The position numbers and the translations under genes were made by a program. Of a stretch of DNA of 64,000 nucleotides, positions 19,158 to 30,159 are shown piece after piece. Source of the stretch: Nitrospinaceae bacterium (lineage in GTDB: Bacteria; Nitrospinota; Nitrospinia; Nitrospinales; VA-1). Positions within the stretch are counted from its first letter, which is position 1, and each line of letters opens with the position of its first letter. The stretch lies in contig JAJDBH010000017.1 in the NCBI GenBank assembly GCA_029261455.1, positions 5,563-69,562 on the forward strand. Reading direction: 5' to 3'. A model generated the notes under the pieces. That model saw only the letters and a list, made by a program, of their open reading frames with translations. It did no database searches and had not been told where the DNA came from.

Positions 19158-20438
19158 TCAATCGTCCAAATGAAATAAGTGACGAATGGCTTTTAAGTAA
19201 ACATGGCCATCCTGCGACTGGGTTTTCTTTTTCAAGTTGATCGTAGGCTTATGTAGAATCTTATTTACCAATGATTGAGTCAATTGATGAATTGCTTTCT
19301 GATCATTATCTGAAAGGTGGGTGAGTGTCTTGAGTGTTTTGTCCACTTCATTGAGACGCATCATTTCGGCGCGGTTGCGCATTTCAACAATCGTGGGAAC
19401 AGCATCCAGCGTGGAAAACCAGTTGTTAAAATTAGTGACTTCCTGCTGAATAATTTCCATCGCGCTCTCGGCTTCTTTTTGCCGTTCCTCCATATTCGCG
19501 TTCACCACATTTTGCAGATCATCGATGTCATACAAATAAACATTTTCCAAGTCGTTCACTTCCGGGGCAATATCCCGGGGAACTGCAATATCGATGAGAA
19601 ATATGGGCTTGTTTTTTCTCTTATCTATCGCCTGCTCGATCATTTCCTTCGAGATGATAAAATTAGGCGCGGCTGTCGAAGTGATAACGATATCTGCCCG
19701 ATACAACTCTTCCTTAAAAGCATCAAATCCCAAGGCACAGCCATTTAAGGTTTGAGCCAAAGAAACGGCTCTCTCATAGGTTCTGCTGGCGACATACACC
19801 GTTTTTACACCATAGGATATTAAGTGTTTCGCCGCAAGTTCGGCCATCTCACCTGTTCCTACCAACATGACCGAATGATTTTCCAAATCTTCAAAGATTT
19901 TCTTAGCCAGCTCCACAGCTGCCGAACTGATAGAAACTCCACGCTCAGAAATCCCGGTTTCTTCTCTTACTTTTTTGGCGACATTGAAGGCCTTTTCAAA
20001 TAACTGATTCAGAACCAGCCCGGTTGAGCTTGAAGCACGGGCAGTACTGTAAGCGTCTTTCACTTGCCCGAGTATCTGCGCCTCTCCCAGAATCATTGAA
20101 TCCAAACTTGCGGAAACTCTGAAAAGATGCTCGACAGCTTGGTTATCTGTGTAGCTGTAGAAATATTGATCCAGACTACCCCGCGATATACCGTGATAGT
20201 CACAAATGAAATCCTTTAGAAGCTTGATACCCTGATCCGTGTCATCAACACGGGCGTAAATTTCAACCCGATTACAGGTTGAGAGGATGATGTTCTCGGC
20301 GATTTCCGGGCGACTTACCAGTTGCTCCAAAGAAGCTTCCAGCTTGACTTGATTGAAAGCAAGTTTCTCCCGGATTTCCACAGGGGTTGCCTTATGGTTG
20401 ACCCCGACAAGAACAAGATTTGGTTCGGTTGATATCAT
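19158..20438 (-). CDS. hemA: glutamyl-tRNA reductase
   Basis: 426 aa. Active-site STCNRVEIY and NADPH-binding VGTGEM. Abuts hemC. Confidence 0.95.
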   Translation of the reverse strand: MISTEPNLVLVGVNHKATPVEIREKLAFNQVKLEASLEQLVSRPEIAENIILSTCNRVEIYARVDDTDQGIKLLKDFICDYHGISRGSLDQYFYSYTDNQAVEHLFRVSASLDSMILGEAQILGQVKDAYSTARASSSTGLVLNQLFEKAFNVAKKVREETGISERGVSISSAAVELAKKIFEDLENHSVMLVGTGEMAELAAKHLISYGVKTVYVASRTYERAVSLAQTLNGCALGFDAFKEELYRADIVITSTAAPNFIISKEMIEQAIDKRKNKPIFLIDIAVPRDIAPEVNDLENVYLYDIDDLQNVVNANMEERQKEAESAMEIIQQEVTNFNNWFSTLDAVPTIVEMRNRAEMMRLNEVDKTLKTLTHLSDNDQKAIHQLTQSLVNKILHKPTINLKKKTQSQDGHVYLKAIRHLFHLDD

Positions 20439-21229
20439 AAGATATGCAAAAAATAAGTCCCAATTACCGTTACAAAGCCCAAAATCGCACCTTGAGCGGC
20501 TTTTTTACCTCGCAACCCCACCATCATTCGACCAAAAAAAACGAGGCTATAAATCAGCCACGTTGCCACTAGTGGTAAGGTTCGAGTCAGATCCCAAGAG
20601 AAAAATGGCAGGTTCATTTGCGTGTTCGAAATAGACCCGGTCATAAACCCCAAAGTGAATAGCGGAAACCCAATCATTATCACCTTAAAGTTCAAATCGT
20701 CCAGAACTTCAAGGGATGGCATCCTGAAATACATGATGCCGAGTTTTTTCGTTTTAACCTGATGTTCTTGAATTAAATACATGATTCCAGCGGCAAATGC
20801 GATAGAAAACGCCGCATACCCCATGATCGATAAGGTTCGGTGCATGGTGAGCCAGAAACGCACCTCCTCCGATTCTGGCACCAGCGCCGCATCTTTCGAC
20901 AGGAACGCCGAAAACAACAAGACAATAAATACCAGAGGGATGACAAACGCCCCCAAGTCTTTAATCTTATATTTCCATTCGGTCAAAAAATAAACCACTA
21001 CCATCAACCAGGCCAGAAACAACGCCACTTCAAAAGAAGTCGTATAAGGCCCATGACCAGTCTGGCTTGAACGAATACCTATAGTGACCGTCTGGCAAAG
21101 CAGGCCAAATGCCACCGTCCATCCGGCAATGGTCGAAACCAGAGGCCTCCTGTACGCCAGATAAACGAAATACGCCAAAGAGGCCATTAGATAACTGAAT
21201 AAAGACAGATTGAACGAAATTTTATCCAT
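20435..21229 (-). CDS. cytochrome c assembly protein (CcsA/HemX-like)
   Basis: 264 aa and polytopic. Trp-rich (W-rich) segments. The position upstream of hemA, with a 4-nt overlap, is typical for HemX/CcsA-like genes. Confidence 0.75.
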   Translation of the reverse strand: MDKISFNLSLFSYLMASLAYFVYLAYRRPLVSTIAGWTVAFGLLCQTVTIGIRSSQTGHGPYTTSFEVALFLAWLMVVVYFLTEWKYKIKDLGAFVIPLVFIVLLFSAFLSKDAALVPESEEVRFWLTMHRTLSIMGYAAFSIAFAAGIMYLIQEHQVKTKKLGIMYFRMPSLEVLDDLNFKVIMIGFPLFTLGFMTGSISNTQMNLPFFSWDLTRTLPLVATWLIYSLVFFGRMMVGLRGKKAAQGAILGFVTVIGTYFLHIL

Positions 21230-21507
21230 GGCCGACCGCAGGTGCAGAATACCTCATAATAAATAATATGGAATGTATCGTAACATTTTGTTTTCTGGGA
21301 TTCAACTCCACTAACCGTGGGGGTAACTGGCATAAGATTCAGGGGCCTAGAGACTCTTGCCCGCAGGATGAAGATAGTACAATTCGTCTGTGGAGGCAAC
21401 TCCACGCGGGAAGAGATAAAAAGCTCAATTCCACCCACTAGATTGTCATATTCAACCTTATCTACATATCCAGAACGGTTGGTATATGGAAGGAAACCCG
21501 TTCGAAA

Positions 21508-23103
21508 TCATAAAGTTCCTTTGTTCTTCAAAAATTCTTTCACCAATTCTGGAATATCTCGTTTATTCTCATTCACTTCATAATTAAGAATCCTCATGGT
21601 TGTGTTGTCTATGAGGGAACCTAGAGGAGCCAATGCCATCCGCAGATCTGGGTAAGCGTTCAGAGTTTCTTCCCTGACTACTGGTGCTGCATGGTAAGGA
21701 GGGAAAAATTTCTTATCGTCCTTTAGGGAAACCAGGTTGTATGCTGGAATCCGTCCATCGGTCAAATAACCGTCGATCACATCCACCGATCCCTTGGCCA
21801 AAGCCTGATAAATCAGACCTGGGTCCAGATCATGAACTTTACTAAATTTAAACCCATAAACCTCCTGAAACCCAGGATATCCGTCAGGCCTTTCCTGAAA
21901 TTCCCCAGAAAAACCCGCTACCAATTTTGAAGACATCGGAATCAGGTCAGAAATAAACTCCCATTGATTTCGCAATGCGTCCTGCTTTCGGACGGTGATA
22001 GTATAGGTATTATTAAATCCAAAAGGTTGCAACCAAATCAGGTTGAACCGATTACGGTATTCTTCTGACACACGTTGATATACTTCATCTGGATTGTTTA
22101 TTGCGGGAAGTTTTAGAATGGCCATCAAGCCTGTTCCAGTGTATTCCGCGTACAGATCAATCTCCCCCCTTTTTAAGGCCTGATGGCAAATAATTGTTCC
22201 GCCCAAGTTGAACTTACGTTCCACGGAAAGTTGGGTTTTTTTTTCAATCATCTGGGCCATCATTTCGGCGAGGATAATCTGTTCTGTGAAATTTTTTGAT
22301 GCAATGCGAACAATATTAATACTTTTTGTTTCATTCTTTTCAGAAGATCCTGTGGTTTGCGAGGACCAGGGAAAAAAACTTATAAAAACAGGAATCAAAA
22401 GGAAAAGTGGGGCCAGAGCTATGGAGAGTTTCATACCAATGTGAAACCGGTGAGATCGATGTCTGTTTCGTTTTGGGTCACAAACCTTTTCTATATAACC
22501 CAACACAAAATCTACCAGTAAGGCCAGTAGTGCCGCAGGAATCGCACCAAGAAAAATCAAACGAGTGTTGGAAAGTGCCAGACCGCGATTGATAAATTCT
22601 CCCAAACCTCCCGCTCCGATAAATGCTGCGAGGGTTGCAATGCCTACTCCCGCTACTGAGGCAGTCCGAATACCCGCCATAATTACTGGAATCCCCAGAG
22701 GAATCCTGATCAACCGCATTTTTTGCCATTCTGTCATGCCTATTCCCTGAGCCGCTTCGATGATCTCCGGTGCAATTCCCTGAAGCGCAGCAAGAGTGTT
22801 CCGAACTATAGGGAGAAGAGCATAGAGAATGAGCGCAACAATTGCCGGTATTACTCCGATTTTCTGGAAAAGGGCTAAAAGGATAACCAACATAGCCAGA
22901 CTGGGGATCGTTTGCAAAATACTGACTGTTCCCAAAAGCGGACCGCGCAACCCAGGTCGGTAGAAAGCCAAAATACTCAGGGGAATGCCGACAAGCACCG
23001 CTGTCAAGGTAGATATCCCTGTAAGAAAAATATGTTCCCCGATGCGCTGCCAAATCTCTGGCAGGCGTTCGATAATGTAATCTGGCAAGGGTGTATTATT
23101 CAT
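21508..23103 (-). CDS. ABC transporter fused permease/substrate-binding protein (glycine betaine/choline-type, OpuB/OpuC-like)
   Basis: 531 aa. The N-terminal half is a permease with an EAA-loop-like region (EAAQGIGMTEWQKMRLIRIPL). The C-terminal half is a periplasmic-binding-protein-like domain. Confidence 0.85.
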   Translation of the reverse strand: MNNTPLPDYIIERLPEIWQRIGEHIFLTGISTLTAVLVGIPLSILAFYRPGLRGPLLGTVSILQTIPSLAMLVILLALFQKIGVIPAIVALILYALLPIVRNTLAALQGIAPEIIEAAQGIGMTEWQKMRLIRIPLGIPVIMAGIRTASVAGVGIATLAAFIGAGGLGEFINRGLALSNTRLIFLGAIPAALLALLVDFVLGYIEKVCDPKRNRHRSHRFHIGMKLSIALAPLFLLIPVFISFFPWSSQTTGSSEKNETKSINIVRIASKNFTEQIILAEMMAQMIEKKTQLSVERKFNLGGTIICHQALKRGEIDLYAEYTGTGLMAILKLPAINNPDEVYQRVSEEYRNRFNLIWLQPFGFNNTYTITVRKQDALRNQWEFISDLIPMSSKLVAGFSGEFQERPDGYPGFQEVYGFKFSKVHDLDPGLIYQALAKGSVDVIDGYLTDGRIPAYNLVSLKDDKKFFPPYHAAPVVREETLNAYPDLRMALAPLGSLIDNTTMRILNYEVNENKRDIPELVKEFLKNKGTL

Positions 23104-23858
23104 TATAAAATGGTTTTGAAATCCTTCCAGTACTTGACAGATTTCGCAAATAGATTCTGAACGAATTCGGTGGCAGGATTTTCCAGGATTTCCGCACTGG
23201 TACCAATTTGTTCCAGTCGCCCTTCATGGAGGATGGCGATACGATCCCCTAGAGTAACGGCTTCAACAATATCGTGAGTGACAAAAATAATCGTTTTATT
23301 CAGTTGTTGTTTCAAATCCAAAAATTCCTGTTGGAGAGAATCTCTTGTGATTGCATCCAACGCTCCAAAAGGTTCGTCCATCAAGAGATAAGCCGGATCA
23401 GCTGCCAAAGCACGGGCAACGGCTACGCGCTGTTGCTGGCCACCTGAAAGTTCATCAGGAAATCGATCAGCATGAATTTCGGGAGACAGGTGAACCAATT
23501 CAAGCAAATCACGACACCGGTTGTTTATCCGGGCTTCGGGCCAGCCTAAAAGGCGTGGGACCATGGAGACATTCTCTCGAATAGACAAATGCGGGAATAA
23601 GCCGATACCCTGGGTAACGTATCCGATGGATCGTCGAAGTGCTATCGGATCTTGATGCTGAATATCTTTTCCATCCAAAAATATCCTTCCTTCTGTCGGC
23701 TCGATCAAACGATTGATCATTTTAAGTACTGTCGATTTACCGCAACCAGAAGACCCAAGGACCATCAAGATTTCGCCTTCCAATACTTCTAAGGAAAGGT
23801 TGTCAATGATTCTGGAAACTCCATCATAAGATTTACTGATTTGATCGAGGGCAATCAT
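23103..23858 (-). CDS. ABC transporter ATP-binding protein
   Basis: 251 aa. Walker A GSSGCGKST, signature LSGGQQQRV, Walker B LLMDEPF. Its stop overlaps the permease start. Confidence 0.9.
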   Translation of the reverse strand: MIALDQISKSYDGVSRIIDNLSLEVLEGEILMVLGSSGCGKSTVLKMINRLIEPTEGRIFLDGKDIQHQDPIALRRSIGYVTQGIGLFPHLSIRENVSMVPRLLGWPEARINNRCRDLLELVHLSPEIHADRFPDELSGGQQQRVAVARALAADPAYLLMDEPFGALDAITRDSLQQEFLDLKQQLNKTIIFVTHDIVEAVTLGDRIAILHEGRLEQIGTSAEILENPATEFVQNLFAKSVKYWKDFKTIL

Positions 23859-24277
23859 AGATACTATTTGAATCCAAAACAGGTTTCATCAAAGGGACCT
23901 CAAGGAAAATTTCCTTCAGGTAGTATAAGCTTGGTTGCATTGAGGAGGCGAGAAAAGAAAGGTTATATTCCTCGGTGTGGTTTCATTGAAGACACACAGA
24001 TTCAATAGACCAAAACCACAGAGCTTTGGTGCTTACTGTACTCTATGCATCTTGTTTATAATTTTCCCCGTATGATTTTATGAACATTTTCGTAGCAGTT
24101 TTATTTTGCATTCCGGCATCTCACACCGGGAACATCTTCATTGACTGCATAGTAGTGCCAACAAATTACGAACGAAGCCACATCTCTAACGCCGATGGTC
24201 TCCGGGGGTTTCACCTTCTTTCCCACCTACCCTCTTGTGATATTAAACTTTGGCTTCATGCCGGGGAAGGTAATATT

Positions 24278-25132
24278 CTATCTGAATAATAACAGAGGTA
24301 TCTTGCAGGCCTTGATCAATGATGCGGTTGTGCTTCCCAGAAACAGGCTGTGCATGCGCGAATGGCTATAGGCGCCTGTAATAAGAAGGTCAATTTCATT
24401 TTCAACAACATAAGACGATATGGCTTTGTCTGGATGCTGATTTTGTTCCATCTTGACCACAGTTTCAAATCCGGCCTGGCTTAAGATTTGTTCGACTTCC
24501 GAGGTTTGGATATTGTCTTTTGCACGTTCAACAGCCAGCAGGTGACACTCTCGAACATTTTTCAACAAGGGTTGCTCGGCAACATAGTCGATCGCTTTAC
24601 GCACACTGTCTTTACCATCATAGGCTATCAAGAAGCGTTTGACCGGCCGAACTACAGAAGATGTGATGAAGAGAGGTTTGTGGATTGCTCGCGCGACTTT
24701 TTCCAGGTTCGATCCTAGAAATATAGAACTCAAGTTAGCGTGCTCACCGCGCTTACCCATAAAGATCATCTCGGCAGAGTCTTCAAACTCTTGAATAGTT
24801 TCAACCAGGCTACCACGCCGATGGATAAGGTTTATGTTTTCAACACCGGCTTTTTGCAGAATTTTCGCCCCATGCTCAAGAATAATTTTCCCCTTCTCTT
24901 GATCCAGACGACCTCGCTCTTCATCAACCTTTGTTAATTCTTCCAGAAGATTACTGCGTACCTCAAGGTTCATTAATCCAGTATGGTCTGTAGGTGCCTG
25001 ATAGTCTGAAGGGCGACGCAAAACATGAAGAAGGTCAACTTCGGCATTTATTTGCTTGGCAACCCAGGCGGCATTGGCGCAGAGATTATCTGCGTAAGCC
25101 GATCCGTCAACACATACTAATAGTTTTGCCAT
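24278..25132 (-). CDS. tandem universal stress protein (UspA) domain protein
   Basis: 284 aa with two Usp-like halves, each ending in G.....S......GS....... (GKRGEH...FLGSNLEKV and GAYSHSRMHSLFLGSTTASL). Confidence 0.85.
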   Translation of the reverse strand: MAKLLVCVDGSAYADNLCANAAWVAKQINAEVDLLHVLRRPSDYQAPTDHTGLMNLEVRSNLLEELTKVDEERGRLDQEKGKIILEHGAKILQKAGVENINLIHRRGSLVETIQEFEDSAEMIFMGKRGEHANLSSIFLGSNLEKVARAIHKPLFITSSVVRPVKRFLIAYDGKDSVRKAIDYVAEQPLLKNVRECHLLAVERAKDNIQTSEVEQILSQAGFETVVKMEQNQHPDKAISSYVVENEIDLLITGAYSHSRMHSLFLGSTTASLIKACKIPLLLFR

Positions 25133-25145
25133 TGTTTCTCTCCCC

Positions 25146-26678
25146 TTAATGTTTTGGTATCAGTTCAAGCGCGTTGGGTTTGTCATACACTGCCAGACTA
25201 TCAACAATCGTGGCACTTGCTTCATTCATTCCAAGCAGCTTAACGCTAGTTCCTTCACGACGGAATTTCATGACAACTTTATCCAAGGCGCCTACAGCGG
25301 ACAAATCCCAGAAGTGAGCTACGCTGACATCAATGGTCACACGTTGAATCACTTCCTTGAAATCGAAAGATTCAGAAAACCTGGCTGCGGAAGCGAAAAA
25401 GACCTGCCCATAAACTTTGTAGATACGCTCCTCAGCATCGTCTGACAAATGAGATTCAATTTTCAACAGTCGCGATACTCTGCGAGCGAAGAAAAGAGCG
25501 CTCGTCAAAACTCCAACAAAGACACCCATCGCCAAATCATGTGTAATAACGACGACTATCACGGTGGTTATCATTACCAGGCTGGAGGTTTTTGGATGTG
25601 TTCTTAGATTTTTAAAAGACGACCAACTGAATGTTCCAATCGAAACCATTATCATGACAGCAACGAGGGCGGCCATCGGGATCTGGCGAACCCAATCACC
25701 AAGAACCAAAAGCAGAAACAATAGAAACAGTCCCGCGAAAAGTGTAGACAGACGACCACGACCACCGGACTTAATATTGATAACCGATTGCCCGATCATT
25801 GCACAACCTGCCATACCACCAAAAAATCCAGACACGATATTTGCAACACCTTGTCCTACGCATTCGCGATTTTTGTTGCTCGGCGTGTCTGTCAGGTCGT
25901 CGACAATGGTTGCTGTCATCAGTGACTCAAGCAGGCCAACAGCCATAAGCGTCAGGGAATATGGGAAAATAATCCGCAATGTATCTAAATTGAAGGGTAT
26001 GTCGGGTAACAGAAAAATTGGTAACGTAGAGGGAAGCTCACCCATATCACCGACCGTGCGTAAATCTAATCCGAAATACATGCAGATACCAGTCACTACT
26101 ATGATGCTGACCAGCGGTGATGGAATAGCTTTTGAGAAACGCGGAAAGATATAAATAATAGCCAACCCAAGAGCAACCATGCCGTACATCTGGATTCCTG
26201 CACCTTTAAACTCGGGCAACTGAGCCATGAATATCAGAATGGCCAGAGCATTTACAAACCCGGTTACGACAGAGCGTGATACAAATCGCATCATGGAGCC
26301 TAACCTGAAAAAACCCGCAAGAGTTTGTAAAATCCCTGTCAGGATGGAGGCAGCAAGAAGGTATTCAAGCCCGTGTTCTTTCACAAGCGAAACCATAACA
26401 AGTGCCATAGCACCAGTTGCAGCAGAAATCATACCAGAACGGCCCCCGACAAACGCAATGATAACAGCCATGCTGAATGAAGCGTATAAACCAACCTTGG
26501 GGTCAACGCCAGCAATGATCGAGAATGCAATCGCTTCAGGAATAAGTGCCAGCGCGACAACCATACCAGCAAGTATGTCATTGCGTATATTCCCAAGCCA
26601 GTTACGTTTTATATATAAAAGTGATAAGGAAAGCATATAGTAATTTTTATAAAATTTGAGCGAGAAAAGTTTTCTCAA
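25146..26678 (-). CDS. SulP-family anion permease with C-terminal STAS domain
   Basis: 510 aa. N-terminal [20 protein letters not shown], many TM segments and a STAS-like C-terminus. The start could be the internal Met 15. Confidence 0.9.
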   Translation of the reverse strand: MRKLFSLKFYKNYYMLSLSLLYIKRNWLGNIRNDILAGMVVALALIPEAIAFSIIAGVDPKVGLYASFSMAVIIAFVGGRSGMISAATGAMALVMVSLVKEHGLEYLLAASILTGILQTLAGFFRLGSMMRFVSRSVVTGFVNALAILIFMAQLPEFKGAGIQMYGMVALGLAIIYIFPRFSKAIPSPLVSIIVVTGICMYFGLDLRTVGDMGELPSTLPIFLLPDIPFNLDTLRIIFPYSLTLMAVGLLESLMTATIVDDLTDTPSNKNRECVGQGVANIVSGFFGGMAGCAMIGQSVINIKSGGRGRLSTLFAGLFLLFLLLVLGDWVRQIPMAALVAVMIMVSIGTFSWSSFKNLRTHPKTSSLVMITTVIVVVITHDLAMGVFVGVLTSALFFARRVSRLLKIESHLSDDAEERIYKVYGQVFFASAARFSESFDFKEVIQRVTIDVSVAHFWDLSAVGALDKVVMKFRREGTSVKLLGMNEASATIVDSLAVYDKPNALELIPKH

Positions 26679-26811
26679 AAGTGAAGAGTTTTACAAGACT
26701 TCGCTTTGTTTTAAGTTGGTAAACCGGAGATCTTGTCCTTGAACTGTGTATTCTTCGAAAACAAGAAAAAGGACTCGACCAAATGGCCGAGCCCTTTCAC
26801 ATCATCATATG

Positions 26812-26847
26812 AAACCAAAAGGACTCTGGCAGAATTGAAGTTCTGCC
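26812..26847 (-). terminator. candidate intrinsic terminator after cspA
   Basis: On the minus strand: GGCAGAA-cttcaa-TTCTGCC hairpin about 20 nt after the stop, followed by agagtccTTTTggTTTc. Confidence 0.45.
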
Positions 26848-26866
26848 TGATGGTGTTTTGCGGAAT

Positions 26867-27067
26867 TTATTTAGGTATTACGCGAGTGGCTTGTGGACCT
26901 TTCTGGCCCATACCTTCTTCAAATTCGACCGACTGACCTTCTACAAGAGTCTTAAACCCTTCTCCCTGAATCTCGGAGAAATGAACAAAAAGATCTTTGT
27001 CATCTTCGGATTGAATGAAACCGTAACCCTTACTTTCGTTAAACCATTTTACTGTTCCTACTGCCAT
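26867..27067 (-). CDS. cspA: cold-shock protein (CspA family)
   Basis: [18 protein letters not shown] (RNP-1) and DLFVHFSEI (RNP-2). I trimmed the start to the ATG at 27067, giving the canonical ~66-aa length. It is preceded by a long (~360 nt) non-coding region typical of csp leaders. Confidence 0.9.
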   Translation of the reverse strand: MAVGTVKWFNESKGYGFIQSEDDKDLFVHFSEIQGEGFKTLVEGQSVEFEEGMGQKGPQATRVIPK

Positions 27068-27428
27068 GATAAATACTCTCCTGCAAGTGTGTGGAAACGT
27101 ACAACCAGAAAGTCTGGCTAACATTCTCACTGATATTAAATGGGGTTGGATTGATGCAAGAACTTTTAGCGAACCACTTGGAGAAAAAACAAAACGACTT
27201 TTGATCTGACAGACTAAAGTGTTTTTTAAGATTTACTCAAGGCGAGAAACTAGAAAGAATCAACTTACACTACAACTGAACAACCTTTATTAGATAAACA
27301 GTGTAGCATAACTTCCGGGGATAACCTAACTTTATACTTTTTAAGCAAAATGCCAGAAAACTGTATGATAAACATGCCTCCCTGCCTACAGAGGTACACC
27401 CACTACTGGCCCTAGAGGCAGAGAATGG

Positions 27429-27911
27429 TTACTGCAAATGGTCGGGGGTTTTGCCTTCTTTACTCTTGAGGACTTCTTTGAGCTCGACCATGAATTCATT
27501 CACATCTTTAAATGATCGATAGACAGAAGCGAAACGGACGTAAGCGACGTCATCAAGGTTATAGATTTCACTAATAACCTTTTCGCCAATCTTGACGGCG
27601 GATACTTCCTTCTCACCTAGTTCCTGAAGGTATTGTTCGACACGGTCTACAAGTTCTTCTATATCTTTAATGCTGACCGGTCTTTTCTGGCAGGCTTTTT
27701 TAACGCCATCAATGATCTTGTCGCGATCAAACTCCTCACGCCGACCATCTTTCTTAATCAGCAGGGGTAAAGACCTCTCCAGTTTTTCATAGGTGGTGAA
27801 CCTTTCTGAGCAACTTAGGCATTCCCTTCGCCTTCGTATAACCGTGCCCTCTTTATTCAAGCGGGAGTCGATAACTTTGTTTTCCATGCCGGAGCAGCCT
27901 GGACATCTCAT
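27429..27911 (-). CDS. nrdR: transcriptional repressor NrdR
   Basis: 160 aa. [17 protein letters not shown] zinc ribbon plus ATP-cone. Confidence 0.95.
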   Translation of the reverse strand: MRCPGCSGMENKVIDSRLNKEGTVIRRRRECLSCSERFTTYEKLERSLPLLIKKDGRREEFDRDKIIDGVKKACQKRPVSIKDIEELVDRVEQYLQELGEKEVSAVKIGEKVISEIYNLDDVAYVRFASVYRSFKDVNEFMVELKEVLKSKEGKTPDHLQ

Positions 27912-27914
27912 AGT

Positions 27915-29162
27915 TTATTTATTGGTGAGTTCCAGGTGAAGTGGAAACTGGTCGCAGAGTTCACGAACTTTTTTACGGGTTTCGGCGTGTAAACTATCAT
28001 CCTCAACTTTTTCGAGTGTCCGGATAATCATTTCTCCGATTTTACGCATTTCATTTTCTTTCATTCCCCGAGTGGTCAGCGCGGGTGTGCCTATTCGAAC
28101 ACCAGATGTTACAAATGGACTCCGGGTTTCAAAAGGAACGGTATTTTTATTCACTGTGATACCGGCCTTTTCAAGAGCGGCTTCGGCATCTTTACCTGTT
28201 ATATCTTGAGGACGCAAATCGAGCAACATCAAGTGCGTATCGGTTCCACCACTGACAATTTTATAACCCTGATCGATTAAAAACTGCGCCAGGCATTGAG
28301 CATTCGCAATCACCTGTTTTTGATAGGTCACAAAGTCTGGACTTAATGCTTCCTTAAAAGCAACAGCCTTTGCGGCAATCACATGCATGAGGGGTCCGCC
28401 CTGTATACCGGGAAAGATCTTTTTGTTGACCTCTTTGGCATCTTGTTCCCGACATAAAATCATTCCACCACGAGGACCCCTTAAGGTTTTATGCGTGGTA
28501 GTTGTGACAAAGTCTGAATAGGGTACGGGTGAGGGGTAAAGCCCCGCCGCAACCAATCCCGCAGGATGTGCTATGTCGGTCATGATTTTTGCCCCAACCT
28601 CATCGGCAATTTCCTTGAATTTAACAGGATCAATCACCCTGGGGTAGGCACTCGCACCCACTATGATCATTTTTGGCTTATTTTCTTGAGCCAATTTTCG
28701 GACTTCATCGTAGTCAATCTGCTCGGTTTCCTGATTCACTCCATAAGCAACAACGTTGTAGGTGTAGCCAGAAAAGTTTACCGGACAGCCATGAGTCAGG
28801 TGCCCACCATGCGACAAGTTCATCCCCAGTATCGTATCTCCGGGCTGACAAACCGTGTGATAAACCGCCATATTGGCCTGAGAGCCTGAATGCGGCTGGA
28901 CATTGGCATGCTCGGCACCGAATATTTTTTTTGCCCGCTCAATAGCAAGGCTCTCGGCGATATCGACAAACTCACAGCCTCCGTAATAACGTTTGCCCGG
29001 ATAACCTTCGGCATATTTATTAGTCATGACTGAGCCTTGAGCTTCTTGCACTTCAGCACTGACAAAGTTTTCAGAGGCGATCATCTCAAGGGTATTATTT
29101 TCCCGCTCGGTCTCATCTTTAATAGATTGGGCGATCTCTGGATCAAAATCGGCAAGTGACAA
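27915..29162 (-). CDS. glyA: serine hydroxymethyltransferase
   Basis: 415 aa. PLP-lysine region [14 protein letters not shown]. Confidence 0.95.
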   Translation of the reverse strand: MSLADFDPEIAQSIKDETERENNTLEMIASENFVSAEVQEAQGSVMTNKYAEGYPGKRYYGGCEFVDIAESLAIERAKKIFGAEHANVQPHSGSQANMAVYHTVCQPGDTILGMNLSHGGHLTHGCPVNFSGYTYNVVAYGVNQETEQIDYDEVRKLAQENKPKMIIVGASAYPRVIDPVKFKEIADEVGAKIMTDIAHPAGLVAAGLYPSPVPYSDFVTTTTHKTLRGPRGGMILCREQDAKEVNKKIFPGIQGGPLMHVIAAKAVAFKEALSPDFVTYQKQVIANAQCLAQFLIDQGYKIVSGGTDTHLMLLDLRPQDITGKDAEAALEKAGITVNKNTVPFETRSPFVTSGVRIGTPALTTRGMKENEMRKIGEMIIRTLEKVEDDSLHAETRKKVRELCDQFPLHLELTNK

Positions 29163-29180
29163 TTTAACTATCTCCTTAAA

Positions 29181-29645
29181 TTAAATATTTTTTTTAGACT
29201 TTAAAGAAGCATCTATTTGATTGATTTTATCGAGCCGCCTTTGGTGGCGCCCCCCCTCAAATGGTGTGTTGAGCCAAGTATTGACGATTTCAGCGGCCAA
29301 CCCCTTACCTATCACCCTACCCCCCATGACCAGAATATTTGAGTCATTATGTTCGCGGCATAATTTAGCCGTGAAGAGATCGGAGCATAGAGTCCCGCGA
29401 ATCCCCGGAAAGCGATTAACAACGATGGACATTCCTATGCCCGTCCCGCATATCACGATGCCGCGTTCTACTTTTTTTTCTGAAACCTCTTCGGCAAGCT
29501 TTATCCCGAAGTCAGGGTAGTCCACAGAATCTCCGCTATGGGGCCCCAAATCATCAACTTCCCAACCTGTATTTAACAGGTGAGCTATAATACTTTCCTT
29601 AAGGTCGAATCCTCCATGATCGGAAGCGATAGCAATTTTTTTCAT
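29181..29645 (-). CDS. rpiB: ribose-5-phosphate isomerase B
   Basis: 154 aa. MKKIAIASDHGG and CGTGIGMSI motifs of the RpiB/LacAB family. Confidence 0.9.
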   Translation of the reverse strand: MKKIAIASDHGGFDLKESIIAHLLNTGWEVDDLGPHSGDSVDYPDFGIKLAEEVSEKKVERGIVICGTGIGMSIVVNRFPGIRGTLCSDLFTAKLCREHNDSNILVMGGRVIGKGLAAEIVNTWLNTPFEGGRHQRRLDKINQIDASLKSKKNI

Positions 29646-29842
29646 GATATTTTCCGGTTAAAAACTTGCCTCATCAATTTTGAGGAGAATGGTTGGTCCT
29701 TAATGATGTATATATGCCCGGGTGGGTGGCTATGGGTAGTTTAACTTAAACGAGATACTAAATAAAGAAGCAGGTTTTGTCAACTAAGTAGGTGAGCTTG
29801 GCTATTAAGTTGTAATTACCAATAAAACATTTTAAAATACAA

Positions 29843-30097
29843 ATGGTATATAACCAATTTAACCAATCTGTTATGTGGAAAAACATATTCCTTGAGTCCT
29901 GCATACTTTCCGGCCTAATTTTCGGGGGGTTTTATCTCAATGCCACTCTATTGCAGGATGAGCTTTACTCTGATGATAACAACAAAGTCCATATCAGTGG
30001 TATCCCTCACCCCGTAGAAAATCATATCAGTGGTCTACTATCTGAAGAAGAACCTACAGTTCATATATCTGGCAACGCCGCAAAAACCCCGCAATAA
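29843..30097 (+). CDS. small membrane-anchored hypothetical protein with three HISG repeats
   Basis: 84-aa ORF with one predicted TM (IFLESCILSGLIFGGFYL). The tail contains VHISG / NHISG / VHISG. No homolog recognised, so coding status is uncertain. Confidence 0.3.
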   Translation: MVYNQFNQSVMWKNIFLESCILSGLIFGGFYLNATLLQDELYSDDNNKVHISGIPHPVENHISGLLSEEEPTVHISGNAAKTPQ

Positions 30098-30159
30098 AAT
30101 TCCCGTGACTCAAATCACGAATCCCGGGCAGGATTAAACGCCGATCTCAATATCACAGT

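Noticed and set aside
22478-23053. A 191-aa ORF within the ABC permease gene. Other long antisense or alternate-frame ORFs in the track include 25564..26154, 26227..26640, 43340..43699, 43850..44161, 60052..60456, 9484..9888, 6591..7031, 19317..19748 and 63037..63432.
   Set aside because: All lie entirely inside well-supported genes on the opposite strand or in another frame. Their compositions are low-complexity or biased (Ser/Arg/Pro-rich or mirror-image coiled-coil), typical of shadow ORFs.
23977-24019. A nested hairpin GTGGTTTC-ATTGAA...TTCAAT...AAACCAC between the usp gene and the ABC-transporter operon.
   Set aside because: It could be a usp terminator or part of the transporter leader. 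The U-tract is weak and it lies about 230 nt from the usp stop. The evidence is insufficient to assign a function.
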